NCBI GenBank assembly: GCA_905216045.1
Contig: CAJMSL010000001.1
Span: forward strand, 1 to 51,814
Direction: 5' to 3'
From: an uncultured bacterium
GTDB lineage: Bacteria; Actinomycetota; Coriobacteriia; Coriobacteriales; Coriobacteriaceae
DNA: 51,814 bases
The notes beneath the pieces were generated by a model, which had not been told where the DNA came from, searched no databases, and worked only from the letters and a program-made list of their open reading frames with translations. This document shows positions 35,918 to 47,402 of this stretch, piece by piece (position 1 is the stretch's first letter; each line of letters starts with the position of its first letter). Made by a program: the position numbers and the translations under genes.

Positions 35918-37797
35918 TCACCCGCCCGCGGCATCAACACGATCATACGCAACTGGCCGGGTTCGCCCTCAAGGCGGTATGCCACGTTGCGCCCTTGCAG
36001 AGCGCTTTCGAGCTCTTGCGCAGCGGGCGTCTGCGAAAGATCTTCATCATCGTTGGAAAAAAGCGTGGCACGCAGCTCGACACTGCACCGGTCATGGTCG
36101 CCCAAGTGATACATAAGCGCCGGATGGTCGGTGGTGTAGGCAAAAAACGCAAAGTCATACACGCAGTCGTACAGGGCGCTTACTGTACTGGCGTGCAACG
36201 GGCGCCGTATGGCGATAATCGAGGCGCAATCGATATCGATGGTGCGCAGGTCGCTTGCGAGCTCGTTGGCAATGAGCTGAATGCGGTCGCGATCAAAGCC
36301 GCTCTCCCCGTGCTGCGCCAACGTGAGTGACCCCTTGCGCTTGCAATAGGCGACGAGCATCTTGGCGCGCTGCAGCATGCGGCAACGCTCGTGCGAAGAC
36401 ACTTCGTCGGTCAACGGCGGCAGCGAGCTCAGCAGGTCGTACATCCCTTCGAGCGCGCGGGCAAGCGCTTGATCCACGTCTTGGACCAGCAAGGTCTCGG
36501 CCTCTTGATCTGCCAAATGCGTCTTAAGGTCGTAGTCGGCGGCGAGCAGCTCATTTTGACGCTGCAGTTCCATGCGACGATGTGCCAGTTCACGGTTAAG
36601 CTCGTTGAGCTCCGACACGTCTTGGGCGAGCAGGGCCGATCCGCCCAGCAGTGGAAAGGCACGGTACATCACATCGGGATCGGACGCCACGGCAAAGGCA
36701 TGGGCGCGGCCGTGCTCCTGGGTCCGCAACTCCTCGCGCACGCCTACCGGCGTTGGCTTTGACACCGGCGTGGCATAGACCTCCTGCAGGTCGCGCGTTA
36801 GAACTTTGAGGTCAAGCGGCAAGGTGTCGAAGATGCCGGCGATGTCGTGATACGACGGAACGACACCGCAATCGAGACAGATTTCCATCGCCACCACGCA
36901 CAAGACGCAATAGATGAGCGAGAAGTTGAGCCTCCATGCCCAGGGCACGCGCAACGCATATGAGATGGCAAAGAACGCGCCGCCCAGCAGCACGAGCGCC
37001 GCCGTGCCCGAGAAACGTTGGATGCGAAAGGACGAGGACCGGCCCACCAGGATAAAAAAGGCCACAAAGTTAAAGGCCGTCCACACGAGGACGGCGAAAT
37101 AACCCCAGCCGTACGTGTAATCGTTGCTCCAGGTGTCGCTTGTACGGTCAAAGTGGAAGACCTGCTGGTGAAAATCGTTGGTGAGAACAAATCCGATAAG
37201 CAGGATAGCCACAATCCACAGCGCAGCGCAGTAGCGGCGACCCAGGCGGTGTTGCTCCAGGCCCGCAAGGCGCAAACCACACAACTGGTAGAGCAGCGGA
37301 ATGAGCGTCATGGGCACGTAGTACAGGTACCACAGCACGGTGGCATAGAACGGCGTGAACGACTTGTACTTGAGAATGACTTCGATCATCCACAGGGCGC
37401 AGATGGTGGCGACGGCAACAAGGCGGCGGCGCAGCACATAGTCCAAACAGCGCAGATAGACCGATACGCCCCAGATCGAAAATGCAATTGCGGCAACAAG
37501 CAACGGCAGAGAGCTCGAATGGACGAGCGCATCCACGACCTCTTCGGACACCTCGCTATAGGCGGGCACGGCGTTAGAAAGTTTGGGGTCGAAGGCGAAC
37601 AGCGCCGGCAAGACTGCCAAAAGCATGAGGAACATCGCGGTGATGACACCGGCGATAGCAAAGACGCGGTGACGGTACACCTGATGTGTTATGCCAACCA
37701 GGAATCGCGGCATAGCGAACAACCTGCCGCCCCTGGGATCCGCCACGGGAGCGAATCGGGCGGCCGCGTGGCCGATATGTCGCTCGCGGGTACCCAT
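35914..37797 (-). CDS. Multi-TM kinase-like protein lacking recognisable H/N/G boxes
   Basis: HisKA_7TM-like region (WYLYY.P, LTNDFHQ.VF), PAS-like, coiled coil; stop overlaps next start; start uncertain. Confidence 0.7.
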   Translation of the reverse strand: MGTRERHIGHAAARFAPVADPRGGRLFAMPRFLVGITHQVYRHRVFAIAGVITAMFLMLLAVLPALFAFDPKLSNAVPAYSEVSEEVVDALVHSSSLPLLVAAIAFSIWGVSVYLRCLDYVLRRRLVAVATICALWMIEVILKYKSFTPFYATVLWYLYYVPMTLIPLLYQLCGLRLAGLEQHRLGRRYCAALWIVAILLIGFVLTNDFHQQVFHFDRTSDTWSNDYTYGWGYFAVLVWTAFNFVAFFILVGRSSSFRIQRFSGTAALVLLGGAFFAISYALRVPWAWRLNFSLIYCVLCVVAMEICLDCGVVPSYHDIAGIFDTLPLDLKVLTRDLQEVYATPVSKPTPVGVREELRTQEHGRAHAFAVASDPDVMYRAFPLLGGSALLAQDVSELNELNRELAHRRMELQRQNELLAADYDLKTHLADQEAETLLVQDVDQALARALEGMYDLLSSLPPLTDEVSSHERCRMLQRAKMLVAYCKRKGSLTLAQHGESGFDRDRIQLIANELASDLRTIDIDCASIIAIRRPLHASTVSALYDCVYDFAFFAYTTDHPALMYHLGDHDRCSVELRATLFSNDDEDLSQTPAAQELESALQGRNVAYRLEGEPGQLRMIVLMPRAGE

Positions 37798-37939
37798 AGT
37801 GCTTTTAGTGTACCGACAGATGGGTCGAAAAAGCGGGCCGCATGTCCCAAAATCCGCAGACGGCAAGGCGCCCGGCAAGCATTAACTGCTCGCCGGGCGC
37901 CTTGGTCAGAAGGCTATGAAGTTGAGTGTCTCAGCTTCC

Positions 37940-39372
<1,433 letters not shown>

Positions 39373-39521
39373 TCAATCCTTTCGCACGCTGTTTGTCGTG
39401 GTTTCAGTATCCCTACAAACAACGCGTCGCTCAACGGCAACGACGTAGGCCGATACTTCTTTTCGCACGCAGGTGCTCGACAGCCGCCCCGTCTGACACT
39501 TTTTGATACCCGCCTGCCAAT

Positions 39522-39765
39522 CACCACAAAGGGGACAGGCACCTTTGTGGCGGTTGGGGGCGGTTTGTCTCGATCTGTAACAGGTAGGCAGCCAAAACCG
39601 GGCCTGATGTTACAGATCGAGATTGTTCGGTCAGCTTCTGCAGTTTGTCTAAATCTGTAACAGGTAGAGACGATTTAGCCCGCTAGATGTTACAGACCGA
39701 GACAGAAGATTCTAGTCGCAGGTGATGCCGAGGTTTTGCCGACGAGGCCTACGTAACCGCCTTCG
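39522..39765. repeat. ~245-bp direct repeat, left of ATPase gene
   Basis: GGGGACAGGC-loop hairpin + two 80-bp-period CTGTAACA/TGTTACAG palindromes + degenerate copy of the DUF4867-like gene 3' end. Confidence 0.92.
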
Positions 39766-39830
39766 CTCAGCAATTCATTTGACTGAATAGGAAAGAAAGG
39801 AAAAAATAGGAAAAAAAGGAAAGGAGACTT

Positions 39831-40937
39831 ATGACTGAAACCATCTTCTCCCCCTCATTTGGAAATCGCCCGTCCTATCTGGTGGGTCGCGGGAACGTGA
39901 TTTCGACATTCATCTCCGGTCTTGAGCAGGAGCCGGGCAATCGAGACCGAGCCATGCTCATGCTCGGCCAGCGAGGCAGCGGCAAGACGGTTCTTCTGTG
40001 GGAACTTGCCGACCGCGCACGCAAGCTCGGTTTTGTTGTCGCCACACCCACCGTAGCCTCCGAAGATATGCTTGAGCGCATTGTTGAAAAAATCCAAGAA
40101 GCAGGCGAGCCTTATGTCAGCAAGCGTCATCTCCCCAAACTTTCTGGCGGTAGCTTGAGCGTCTTCGGCTTCTCAGCCGGTCTCGAGTTCACACGCGATG
40201 TGCAGGAGACCAAGAGTTTCCAGTTCAAACTCACGCAGCTGGCGCGCAAGCTGACCGAGCAGGGGCACGGCATCCTCATCCTTATCGATGAGCTCCAAGC
40301 TAATTCACCTGAGATTAGACAGCTCGTCACCGCCTATCAAGAGCTGGTCGGTGAGGGACTCAACGTCGCGCTTGTTATGGCAGGTCTCCCGGGAGCCGTC
40401 TGTGCAACGCTCAATGACCGCGTGCTGACATTTCTCAACCGCGCTCGCAAGGTCACGCTCGAACCGCTTTCAGTCGGAGATGTCGATGCCTATTATCAGC
40501 GGGCTTTCGAAGAGCTCGACCTTGATATTCCAGGCGATCTTCGCCTCCGTGCCGCTCGCGCAACCCAAGGCTCGCCCTATATGCTGCAGCTCATCGGCTA
40601 TAACATCGGCAATCGCTGCAAGACAGGAGAACACGTAACGCCAGAGCAAGTCGACGGAGCTATCGAAGCGTCAAAAGCCGATTTCGAAAACGATGTTTGT
40701 GAAACGACGCTCGCCGCGCTATCGGACCAAGACGTCGCGTTTCTCGACGCAATGACTGATGACGAAGACGCCGTTTCGCGCATTTCCGATGTAGCGAAAC
40801 GTATGTCAGTCACACCCGACTATGCGCAAAAGTATCGCCGGCGCCTCATCGACGCCGGCGTAATCGAACAGGCGCGCCGCGGTTACGTGCGTTTCGCCGT
40901 TCCATATATGGCTGACTATCTGCGCAGCCAACTCTAG
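39831..40937 (+). CDS. AAA/STAND-like ATPase with C-terminal winged helix
   Basis: LVGR, GQRGSGKT Walker A, ILILIDE Walker B, G.PY..QL, YRRRLIDAGVI. Confidence 0.88.
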   Translation: MTETIFSPSFGNRPSYLVGRGNVISTFISGLEQEPGNRDRAMLMLGQRGSGKTVLLWELADRARKLGFVVATPTVASEDMLERIVEKIQEAGEPYVSKRHLPKLSGGSLSVFGFSAGLEFTRDVQETKSFQFKLTQLARKLTEQGHGILILIDELQANSPEIRQLVTAYQELVGEGLNVALVMAGLPGAVCATLNDRVLTFLNRARKVTLEPLSVGDVDAYYQRAFEELDLDIPGDLRLRAARATQGSPYMLQLIGYNIGNRCKTGEHVTPEQVDGAIEASKADFENDVCETTLAALSDQDVAFLDAMTDDEDAVSRISDVAKRMSVTPDYAQKYRRRLIDAGVIEQARRGYVRFAVPYMADYLRSQL

Positions 40938-40942
40938 GCAGC

Positions 40943-41188
40943 CACCGCAATGGGGACAGGCACCTTTGTGGTGGTTTGGGCCCGTTTGTCTCGATCTGTA
41001 ACAGGTAGGCCGTCAAAACCGGGCCTGGTGTTACAGATCGAGATTGTTCGGTCTGTCCCCTGCAGTTTGTCTAAATCTGTAACAGGTAGAGACGATTTAG
41101 CCCGCTAGATGTTACAGATCGAGACGGAAGATTCTAGTCCACGGTGATGTCGAGGTTCTTGCCGATGAGGCCTACGTAGCCGCCTTCG
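40943..41188. repeat. ~245-bp direct repeat, right of ATPase gene
   Basis: Near-identical to 39522-39765; last ~55 bp are the real 3' end of the DUF4867-like gene. Confidence 0.92.
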
Positions 41189-41778
41189 GCTGCCTTGGGG
41201 CTGTCAGCATGGCAGAGGACCCACTTGTCGGCCTTCCAGCAGCAGTAGCTGTCGCCGGCCGCAGGCATGTCGGCCGCGACCTCGGGGCGCGGGCCGTTGG
41301 TGCCGGCGGGCAGCGCCACCATCACCTGGAAGCCACCGTCGTCGACCATGCACGGCGTGTAGTGGAGCGTGGTGTTGAAGACTTCGACGACCGTACCCGC
41401 CGGCACGCGAAACGCCTTGACACACGCGGTGTCGAGCTTGCCGTCCTCGATCTCCCAGCGATGCGCCACGAGCAGGATAAAGTCGCGAGCGCCCAGGTTG
41501 AATTCGCTCGCGCGGTGATACTCCAGGCAGTTGAGCTGCGTGTTGTGGCCGTTGCACCAGCCGAGCTGGAAGGGACGGCCGCCAAACATGAGAAAGCCCA
41601 GTTTATCGGCATCTTTGACGCCCTCGAGCTCCGGCGCGCTTGCTACGTACTTGCTGCCCTCGGGAATGGGCGTGGCTGAGAGCGCCTCGAGCACGGGCGA
41701 CGTGAGCTCGGACGGAACGTCATCCCAAACGTTGCCATAGGATTTGAACTCGGGATCGTTGACAGAGTAGATATGCAT
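41134..41778 (-). CDS. DUF4867-like (ureidoglycolate lyase/cupin-like) protein
   Basis: Q.GWCNGHN..LN.LEYH..SE, TTLHYTPC, V.LP.GTN; AGGAG RBS. Confidence 0.75.
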   Translation of the reverse strand: MHIYSVNDPEFKSYGNVWDDVPSELTSPVLEALSATPIPEGSKYVASAPELEGVKDADKLGFLMFGGRPFQLGWCNGHNTQLNCLEYHRASEFNLGARDFILLVAHRWEIEDGKLDTACVKAFRVPAGTVVEVFNTTLHYTPCMVDDGGFQVMVALPAGTNGPRPEVAADMPAAGDSYCCWKADKWVLCHADSPKAAEGGYVGLIGKNLDITVD

Positions 41779-41862
41779 GTTCACTCCTGTTCGTAAATGT
41801 GACTATACGAACATTCTAGAACAAACATGAGCGATTTTGAATGCTCTTCCCGACCAATCAAC

Positions 41863-41893
41863 AAAAAGGCGCCCCCGCATAAGCGAAGGCGCC
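41863..41893 (-). terminator. Putative terminator after luxS
   Basis: GGCGCC..GGCGCC + T5 on minus strand. Confidence 0.55.
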
Positions 41894-41922
41894 CAATGCA
41901 CGCGTTTTGGGCGATAAAACCC

Positions 41923-42411
41923 TTACGCCTGCTGATAGTGCAGATGCTTCTCGTCGATATCGGCCAGGTCGCGGTCGAGGTAGCGACGCGCAAGCCAGTT
42001 GGCCATGGGGAGGTTCTGGTCCAGGTAGTTGCCGCATTCCTCGGGAGCGGCACCGGGAACATCGCCCTCAAAACCGGCGACAAACTCGAACAGCTCACGC
42101 ACGAGCGGCAGAATCTCCTCGCTCGTCACTTCGCCAAATACGACGAGGTAAAAGCCCGTGCGGCAGCCCATGGGGCCAAAGTAGACAATGCGGCCCGACC
42201 ACTCGGCATGATTGCGAAGGAACGTCGCACCCAGGTGCTCGATGGTGTGGCACTCGGCCGTGTTCATGACCGGCTCCTTGTTGGGCGTAGTCAGGCGCAG
42301 GTCAAACGTGGTGACGGCGGCACCGGTCGCCGGATCGCGATCGATGCGGCTCACATACACGCCGGGCTCAAGCAGCAGATGATCAACGGAAAAGCTGGCG
42401 ATGCGCTCCAT
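41923..42411 (-). CDS. luxS: S-ribosylhomocysteine lyase
   Basis: SF.VDH, HTIEH, GPMGCRTGFY, CGNY. Confidence 0.97.
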   Translation of the reverse strand: MERIASFSVDHLLLEPGVYVSRIDRDPATGAAVTTFDLRLTTPNKEPVMNTAECHTIEHLGATFLRNHAEWSGRIVYFGPMGCRTGFYLVVFGEVTSEEILPLVRELFEFVAGFEGDVPGAAPEECGNYLDQNLPMANWLARRYLDRDLADIDEKHLHYQQA

Positions 42412-42434
42412 GGCAGATCCTCTCGATAGTCAAA

Positions 42435-42505
42435 TTGGGACGGGGCTCTTTTAGCTGGTTCGAATGGTCGCACCAATCATACCAGTCAAAAAAGCCCCGT
42501 CCCAA
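42435..42505. repeat. Intergenic inverted repeat with GGGAC arms
   Basis: TTGGGACGGGGCT / AGCCCCGTCCCAA, 13-bp perfect arms. Confidence 0.7.
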
Positions 42506-42514
42506 AAAGACAAC

Positions 42515-43489
42515 TTAGCCAAGGACGCGGGCCATACGTGTCTTGAACTCGGACAGGAAGCGCGGAGCATCCACGGTCAGTGCCACAAGCGCGCTCTTGT
42601 CCGGATCGGACAGGCGGCGCTCATCGCAGATGGTGCGGCCGCGATACTCGCCTAGCAGATCAACACGCAGATTGCAGCCGAGCGCACCCACGAGCGTAGG
42701 GTCGATCGCCACGGCAACGGCCAGAGGATCGTGCAGCGCACAGCCACCCAGGTAGGGTGCGTTCATCTCGTACGAGCCAATGTAGTGCTCGACCATGCTC
42801 GCAAATGCGCAGCCCGCCATGGTGCCCGAGCCCGTCCAGCCGGCAATGTCGCGGCGTGTGAGCACCACGCGATGCGACACGTCCAGACCCACCATGGTGA
42901 GCTTACGGCCCGAGCGCAGCACCGCGTCGGCTGCCTCGGGGTCGCTCGCCATGTTGGCCTCGGCGCCCGCGCTCACGTTACCGGGCACGGTAAGGGCGCC
43001 GCCCATCACGACCACGCGGCCAATGGACATCATCGCCGCCGCATCGCGCTCCAGGGCGAGTGCCAGGTTGGAGAGCGGGCCAGTCGCTACGTAGACCAGA
43101 TCGGGACCATAGGTGCGCGCGGCATCGATCAGATAATCGACCGCAGCGTTGCCGTCGGCCGAGGTCGCCCCCACCGGCTCGTAGGGCGACGCGGGCACGC
43201 TCGCGCCGCCGATGCCGTTCTTGCCGTGAATGAGCGCGGTGGACGCCGGCGGCGTATAGGGCTCAGTCGCCTGCAGAGGACGGTCGGCACCCAGGTACAC
43301 CGGAACCTCGGGGCGACCCAGCAGATCGAGCACCGCCAGGCAATTGTGCGCCGATTGCTCGACGCGCACGTTACCAAAGCACGTGGTGATGCCCACGAGC
43401 TCCACCTCGGGGCTCGCGATGGCATAGGCCAGCGCCATCGCATCGTCAACACCCATATCCAGATCAAGGATCAGCTTCTTGATTGCCAT
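42515..43489 (-). CDS. Inosine/uridine-preferring nucleoside hydrolase
   Basis: DLDMGVDDA, GN, HG.NG.G, TGPLSNLA, MGG, E.N, LHDP. Confidence 0.93.
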   Translation of the reverse strand: MAIKKLILDLDMGVDDAMALAYAIASPEVELVGITTCFGNVRVEQSAHNCLAVLDLLGRPEVPVYLGADRPLQATEPYTPPASTALIHGKNGIGGASVPASPYEPVGATSADGNAAVDYLIDAARTYGPDLVYVATGPLSNLALALERDAAAMMSIGRVVVMGGALTVPGNVSAGAEANMASDPEAADAVLRSGRKLTMVGLDVSHRVVLTRRDIAGWTGSGTMAGCAFASMVEHYIGSYEMNAPYLGGCALHDPLAVAVAIDPTLVGALGCNLRVDLLGEYRGRTICDERRLSDPDKSALVALTVDAPRFLSEFKTRMARVLG

Positions 43490-43519
43490 TGTTCTACTCC
43501 GCTTCTCCGTCTTTATCGT

Positions 43520-44482
43520 TTAACCAAACCAATGTTCAACTTCGGCGCGCGTGGGAATCGATTGCTGAGCGCCCAGGCGCGACACCGTCACTGCCGAGGC
43601 GCGAGCACCCGCAGCCATGCACTCAAAGAGCGGCAAGCCCTCTAGGCGAGCCGCCGCCAACGCGCCGATAAACGTATCGCCGGCGGCCGTGGTATCGACT
43701 ACCGTACTCGAAAGTGCCGGCATGCGCAGCAGCTCGCCGTCATCGCCGAGCGTAACCGACCCGGCGCCGCCCAACGTGATGACCGCAGCTCCGGCACCCT
43801 TGTCGAGCAGCGCATTGAGCGCGGCGACGCAACTCGCATCATCCGTGGGCAGAATGCCCGTCAGCACCTGGCACTCGGTCTCGTTGGGGCAGACCAGGTC
43901 GACCGCGGACCAGGCCTCCGCAGGCACATCGCAGGCAGGCGCCGGATTAAAGACTGTATAGAACCCGAGCTCGTGAGCGCAAACAAGCGCCTCGGCCGTC
44001 GCTACAAGGTCACATTCACCCTGGGCGATAAAGACGCTTCCGGCAGCCGGGGCAATCTTGCTGGCGTCACTATCGAGTTCATCGGCCACCAGACGCCTCA
44101 GCGCGCGGGCAACGTCCTCGCCCGCAAGCGCATGGTTGGCGCCCGGCGACAGCACGATGCGGTTGTCTCCCTCGCAGCGAATGATGGTCGCCGTTCCCGT
44201 CTCCACATCATCGCGATGCACTACAAAGTCACAGTCCACGCCGGCGTCTTGGAGCCCCGCCACGAGCGACGCGCCGAACGCGTCGCGACCGACCGCGCCG
44301 ATCATGTGCGTGCAAGCGCCCATACGCGCGGCAGCTACGGCCTGATTGGCGCCCTTGCCGCCGACGTTGGTGATAAACCCGCTGCCGCCGACGGTCTCGC
44401 CCGCACGCGGTATGCGCTCGCACGCCACCGAAAGGTCCATGTTCATGCTGCCGAACACCGCAACGATGCCGCGATCTGCCAT
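43520..44482 (-). CDS. rbsK: Ribokinase (PfkB family)
   Basis: [32 protein letters not shown]. Confidence 0.9.
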   Translation of the reverse strand: MADRGIVAVFGSMNMDLSVACERIPRAGETVGGSGFITNVGGKGANQAVAAARMGACTHMIGAVGRDAFGASLVAGLQDAGVDCDFVVHRDDVETGTATIIRCEGDNRIVLSPGANHALAGEDVARALRRLVADELDSDASKIAPAAGSVFIAQGECDLVATAEALVCAHELGFYTVFNPAPACDVPAEAWSAVDLVCPNETECQVLTGILPTDDASCVAALNALLDKGAGAAVITLGGAGSVTLGDDGELLRMPALSSTVVDTTAAGDTFIGALAAARLEGLPLFECMAAGARASAVTVSRLGAQQSIPTRAEVEHWFG

Positions 44483-44668
44483 GGAAACCTCCTCATCTGC
44501 GGGCCTTATGCCCACCGCAGCCGTCGATCGTGCACTCTCGCACCCCCTATAACTTTAGTTCACTTTGATGTGGACGCGCGCTTGAGCTTGCGCCAGCAGC
44601 AAGCATTCACAGGAGCAGGCAGCTACAATGAAGGCGTGCTGATTATTCTCGTCATTGGATGATGTTTT

Positions 44669-46885
44669 ATGGAACAACTCTCGCAATCGGGCTCGCGCGG
44701 TCGACACCGCACGGGCAACGAGCCGGCGCCGCACGAACGCGTGAAGGGCGAACGCCGTGCCAACGAACCGCGACGCACCGTGAGCCCCCATCGTGCTTCT
44801 GCCAACAACGCGGGCCGCGCCAACACTCCCGCCGAGGAGCAGACGCCTGCTCGCCCTAAGTCCCGCTACATCCCTGCCCTTGACGGCCTGCGCACGCTTG
44901 CCGTCGTCGCGGTGGTGCTCTATCACCTCAACCTCACGTGGGCGCAGGGCGGTCTGCTCGGCGTCACGATCTTCTTTGTGCTTTCGGGCTATCTGATCAC
45001 GCGCTTGCTGCTCAACGAAGTCGCTAAGACCGGACGCATCGACCTCAAGAGCTTCTGGATTCGCCGCATCCGTCGCCTGGTCCCCGCCGTGGTAACGGTA
45101 GTGTTTGTAACCTGCGCGCTGTGCACTATCTTTAACCACGTGATGCTCACCAAGATGCGCCCCGACATCCTGCCGTCGCTGCTGTTCTTCAACAACTGGT
45201 GGCAGATTGCCCAAAACGTCTCGTACTTCAATGCTCTGGGCGACCCCTCGCCGCTCACGCACTTTTGGTCGCTTGCCATCGAGGAACAGTTCTACCTGAT
45301 TTGGCCGCCACTGCTGTTTGCCATGGTATCCATGCATGTGAGCAAGCCCAACACGCGCCGCGTGGTTCTGGGCCTTGCCGTGGTATCTGCCCTAGCCATG
45401 ATGGTGCTTTACAACCCTGCCGCCGACCCCAGCCGCGTGTACTACGGCACCGACACCCGCGTGTTCTCGCTGCTGCTGGGTGCCTGGATGGCCTTTATCC
45501 CCGATCGCGACCTGGCGCCGGTGCGTCTCGCTCATCGTTTGGGGCTCAATCGCCTGGCTGGCGCCGCCAAGCACGGCAAGAACGCCGAGGGCAAACCTGG
45601 CGAGAAGGCCGACGAAGCAGCCGAGACCGCCCCGGCACAGCCGAGCGCCCTCGTGCGTTTTTGGTCCTCGCCCGCATCCATCGATGTGTTGGGCGTCGTG
45701 GGTCTGGTTGGCCTTGCCGCCATGGTCGCGCTCACCAACGGCTACACCGCCTTCCAGTATCGCGGAGGCACGCTGCTGTGCTCGATCCTCACGCTCATGG
45801 TCATCGCGGCCTGCGTGCAGCCCCAGGGAATGGTTGCCCGCGCGCTATCCGCCGAGCCACTCGTGTGGGTTGGCAAGCGCTCCTACAGCATCTACCTGTG
45901 GCACTATCCGATGCTGCTCCTCATGAACCCGGTTGCCAACATCAACGATATGCCGTGGTGGCAGTACATTTTGCAGGTGTTGTTGGTGGTCGCCGTGGCA
46001 GAGTGCTGCTATCGCTTTATCGAGACTCCGTTTAGGAAGGGCGCCTTTGGGCGCACCGTCGCCGAATTCCGCGATGGCACCACCACGCCCGCCAACTGGG
46101 CACGCACGCACATCCCTGTCTGCGCAGCCTGCGCTGTCGTGTTGGTCGTTGCACTGGGCGGCCTGATCTTTGTGCCCGAGACGTCTGCGCTGAGCGGCGA
46201 TGGCGCCGAAGTTCTGAACAAGGAAGCCAAGAACACCGCGCCCACCGCCCAGCAGGCGGCCGACGACACCGACAAGGACAACGACGGCTTCCCCGATGGC
46301 TCCTACGATCTGCTTATGATCGGCGACTCCGTGTCGCTGCGTGCCGTAGACACCTTTGACGGCGTGTTCCCGCACAGCCATATCGATGCCGAAAAGGGCC
46401 GCCAGTTTGATGCGGGGCGCGCGACATTTGAGGGCTATATCCAGCAGAACCTTGCCGGCAAGATCGTGGTCTTTGCCCTGGGCACCAACGGCTTGGTAAC
46501 CGACGACCAGATCGACGCCATCATGGCCGATGCAGGAGATAAGCGTATTGTGGTGTTTGTGAACACGCGCAGCCCGCAGCCGTGGGTTGGCTCTACCAAC
46601 CAGGCCATCGCCAACGCCGCTACGCGCTACAAGAACGTGCGCGTTATCGATTGGTACGGATACAGTGCCAACCGCAACGACCTGTTCGATGGCGATGGCA
46701 CGCACCTATCGACCACTGGCGTGACTGAGTACCTCAACTTGATCCACGATGCCGTCAAGAAGGACCTGCCCGTACACCCCGAGGATCACGTCAACGATCC
46801 GCAGCCGGCAGCCGTCAAGTCTGCCACCGACGCACTCGTCAATGCGCTCGCTCTCAAGCCGCACAAGCTGGGCACCGACAAGTAA
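44669..46885 (+). CDS. OatA-like O-acyltransferase (AT3 + SGNH)
   Basis: LDGLR, FFVLSGYLIT, HFWSLAIEEQFY, SYSIYLWHYP; GDS, GTNG, DG.H. Confidence 0.92.
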   Translation: MEQLSQSGSRGRHRTGNEPAPHERVKGERRANEPRRTVSPHRASANNAGRANTPAEEQTPARPKSRYIPALDGLRTLAVVAVVLYHLNLTWAQGGLLGVTIFFVLSGYLITRLLLNEVAKTGRIDLKSFWIRRIRRLVPAVVTVVFVTCALCTIFNHVMLTKMRPDILPSLLFFNNWWQIAQNVSYFNALGDPSPLTHFWSLAIEEQFYLIWPPLLFAMVSMHVSKPNTRRVVLGLAVVSALAMMVLYNPAADPSRVYYGTDTRVFSLLLGAWMAFIPDRDLAPVRLAHRLGLNRLAGAAKHGKNAEGKPGEKADEAAETAPAQPSALVRFWSSPASIDVLGVVGLVGLAAMVALTNGYTAFQYRGGTLLCSILTLMVIAACVQPQGMVARALSAEPLVWVGKRSYSIYLWHYPMLLLMNPVANINDMPWWQYILQVLLVVAVAECCYRFIETPFRKGAFGRTVAEFRDGTTTPANWARTHIPVCAACAVVLVVALGGLIFVPETSALSGDGAEVLNKEAKNTAPTAQQAADDTDKDNDGFPDGSYDLLMIGDSVSLRAVDTFDGVFPHSHIDAEKGRQFDAGRATFEGYIQQNLAGKIVVFALGTNGLVTDDQIDAIMADAGDKRIVVFVNTRSPQPWVGSTNQAIANAATRYKNVRVIDWYGYSANRNDLFDGDGTHLSTTGVTEYLNLIHDAVKKDLPVHPEDHVNDPQPAAVKSATDALVNALALKPHKLGTDK

Positions 46886-46908
46886 CCTGCAGCGCAAACT
46901 TCCCACAT

Positions 46909-46946
46909 CCGGAGGGGGTGTCTGCCACGGCAGACACCCCCTCCGG
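46909..46946. terminator. Perfect 18-bp hairpin after acyltransferase (no U tract)
   Basis: CCGGAGGGGGTGTCTGCC-ac-GGCAGACACCCCCTCCGG. Confidence 0.6.
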
Positions 46947-47091
46947 CAGTTAGGGACACTCCTGGCGCAGCCAATGAAGACCTCTACGGATGAATTCCAG
47001 GCCGCTCCGTCGCTCCAGACATCGTTTCCGCGCCTCGTGCCTGCCCCAAACAATCAAAACAAGCCCTTTTCGCCGCACCCTCAAAGGTCTG

Positions 47092-47319
47092 TGGGCAAAA
47101 AAGGGCAAATATGAGTACTGTTACCATTTTAGTAGCAGGCAAAACCACCCAAAATGACGTCCGAGCGACCCCTACAACCCCCTAAAGCAGCCAACCTGAC
47201 TGGTTTAAGGCGTATTGAAGCCAATTTTAATGAACATACTATAGGCTATGTTCATTATCTTTTAGGATGTAAATGCTATTCACTTAGCAACAGTACTCAT
47301 ATTTGGCATTTTTTGTCCA
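47092..47319. mobile_element. AT-rich 228-bp MITE-like element with ~31-bp terminal inverted repeats
   Basis: TGGGCAAAAAAGGGCAAATATGAGTACTGTT / AACAGTACTCATATTTGGCATTTTTTGTCCA; no listed ORF; no clear target duplication. Confidence 0.55.
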
Positions 47320-47349
47320 TTGCTATATAACTAACACCCTATAGCAGAC

Positions 47350-47384
47350 AAAAAACAGGCCGCGCCCCATCGCTGCGGCCTGTT
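47350..47384 (-). terminator. Intrinsic terminator after Nramp gene
   Basis: AACAGGCCGC/GCGGCCTGTT + T run on minus strand. Confidence 0.8.
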
Positions 47385-47402
47385 CGGAAGCAAAAGTGGG
47401 CG

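Noticed and set aside
41788..41832. LexA/SOS box upstream of the DUF4867-like gene
   Set aside because: GAAC half-sites are present but not as GAAC-N4-GTTC; the TGTTCGTA/TACGAACA inverted repeat is too short to assign.
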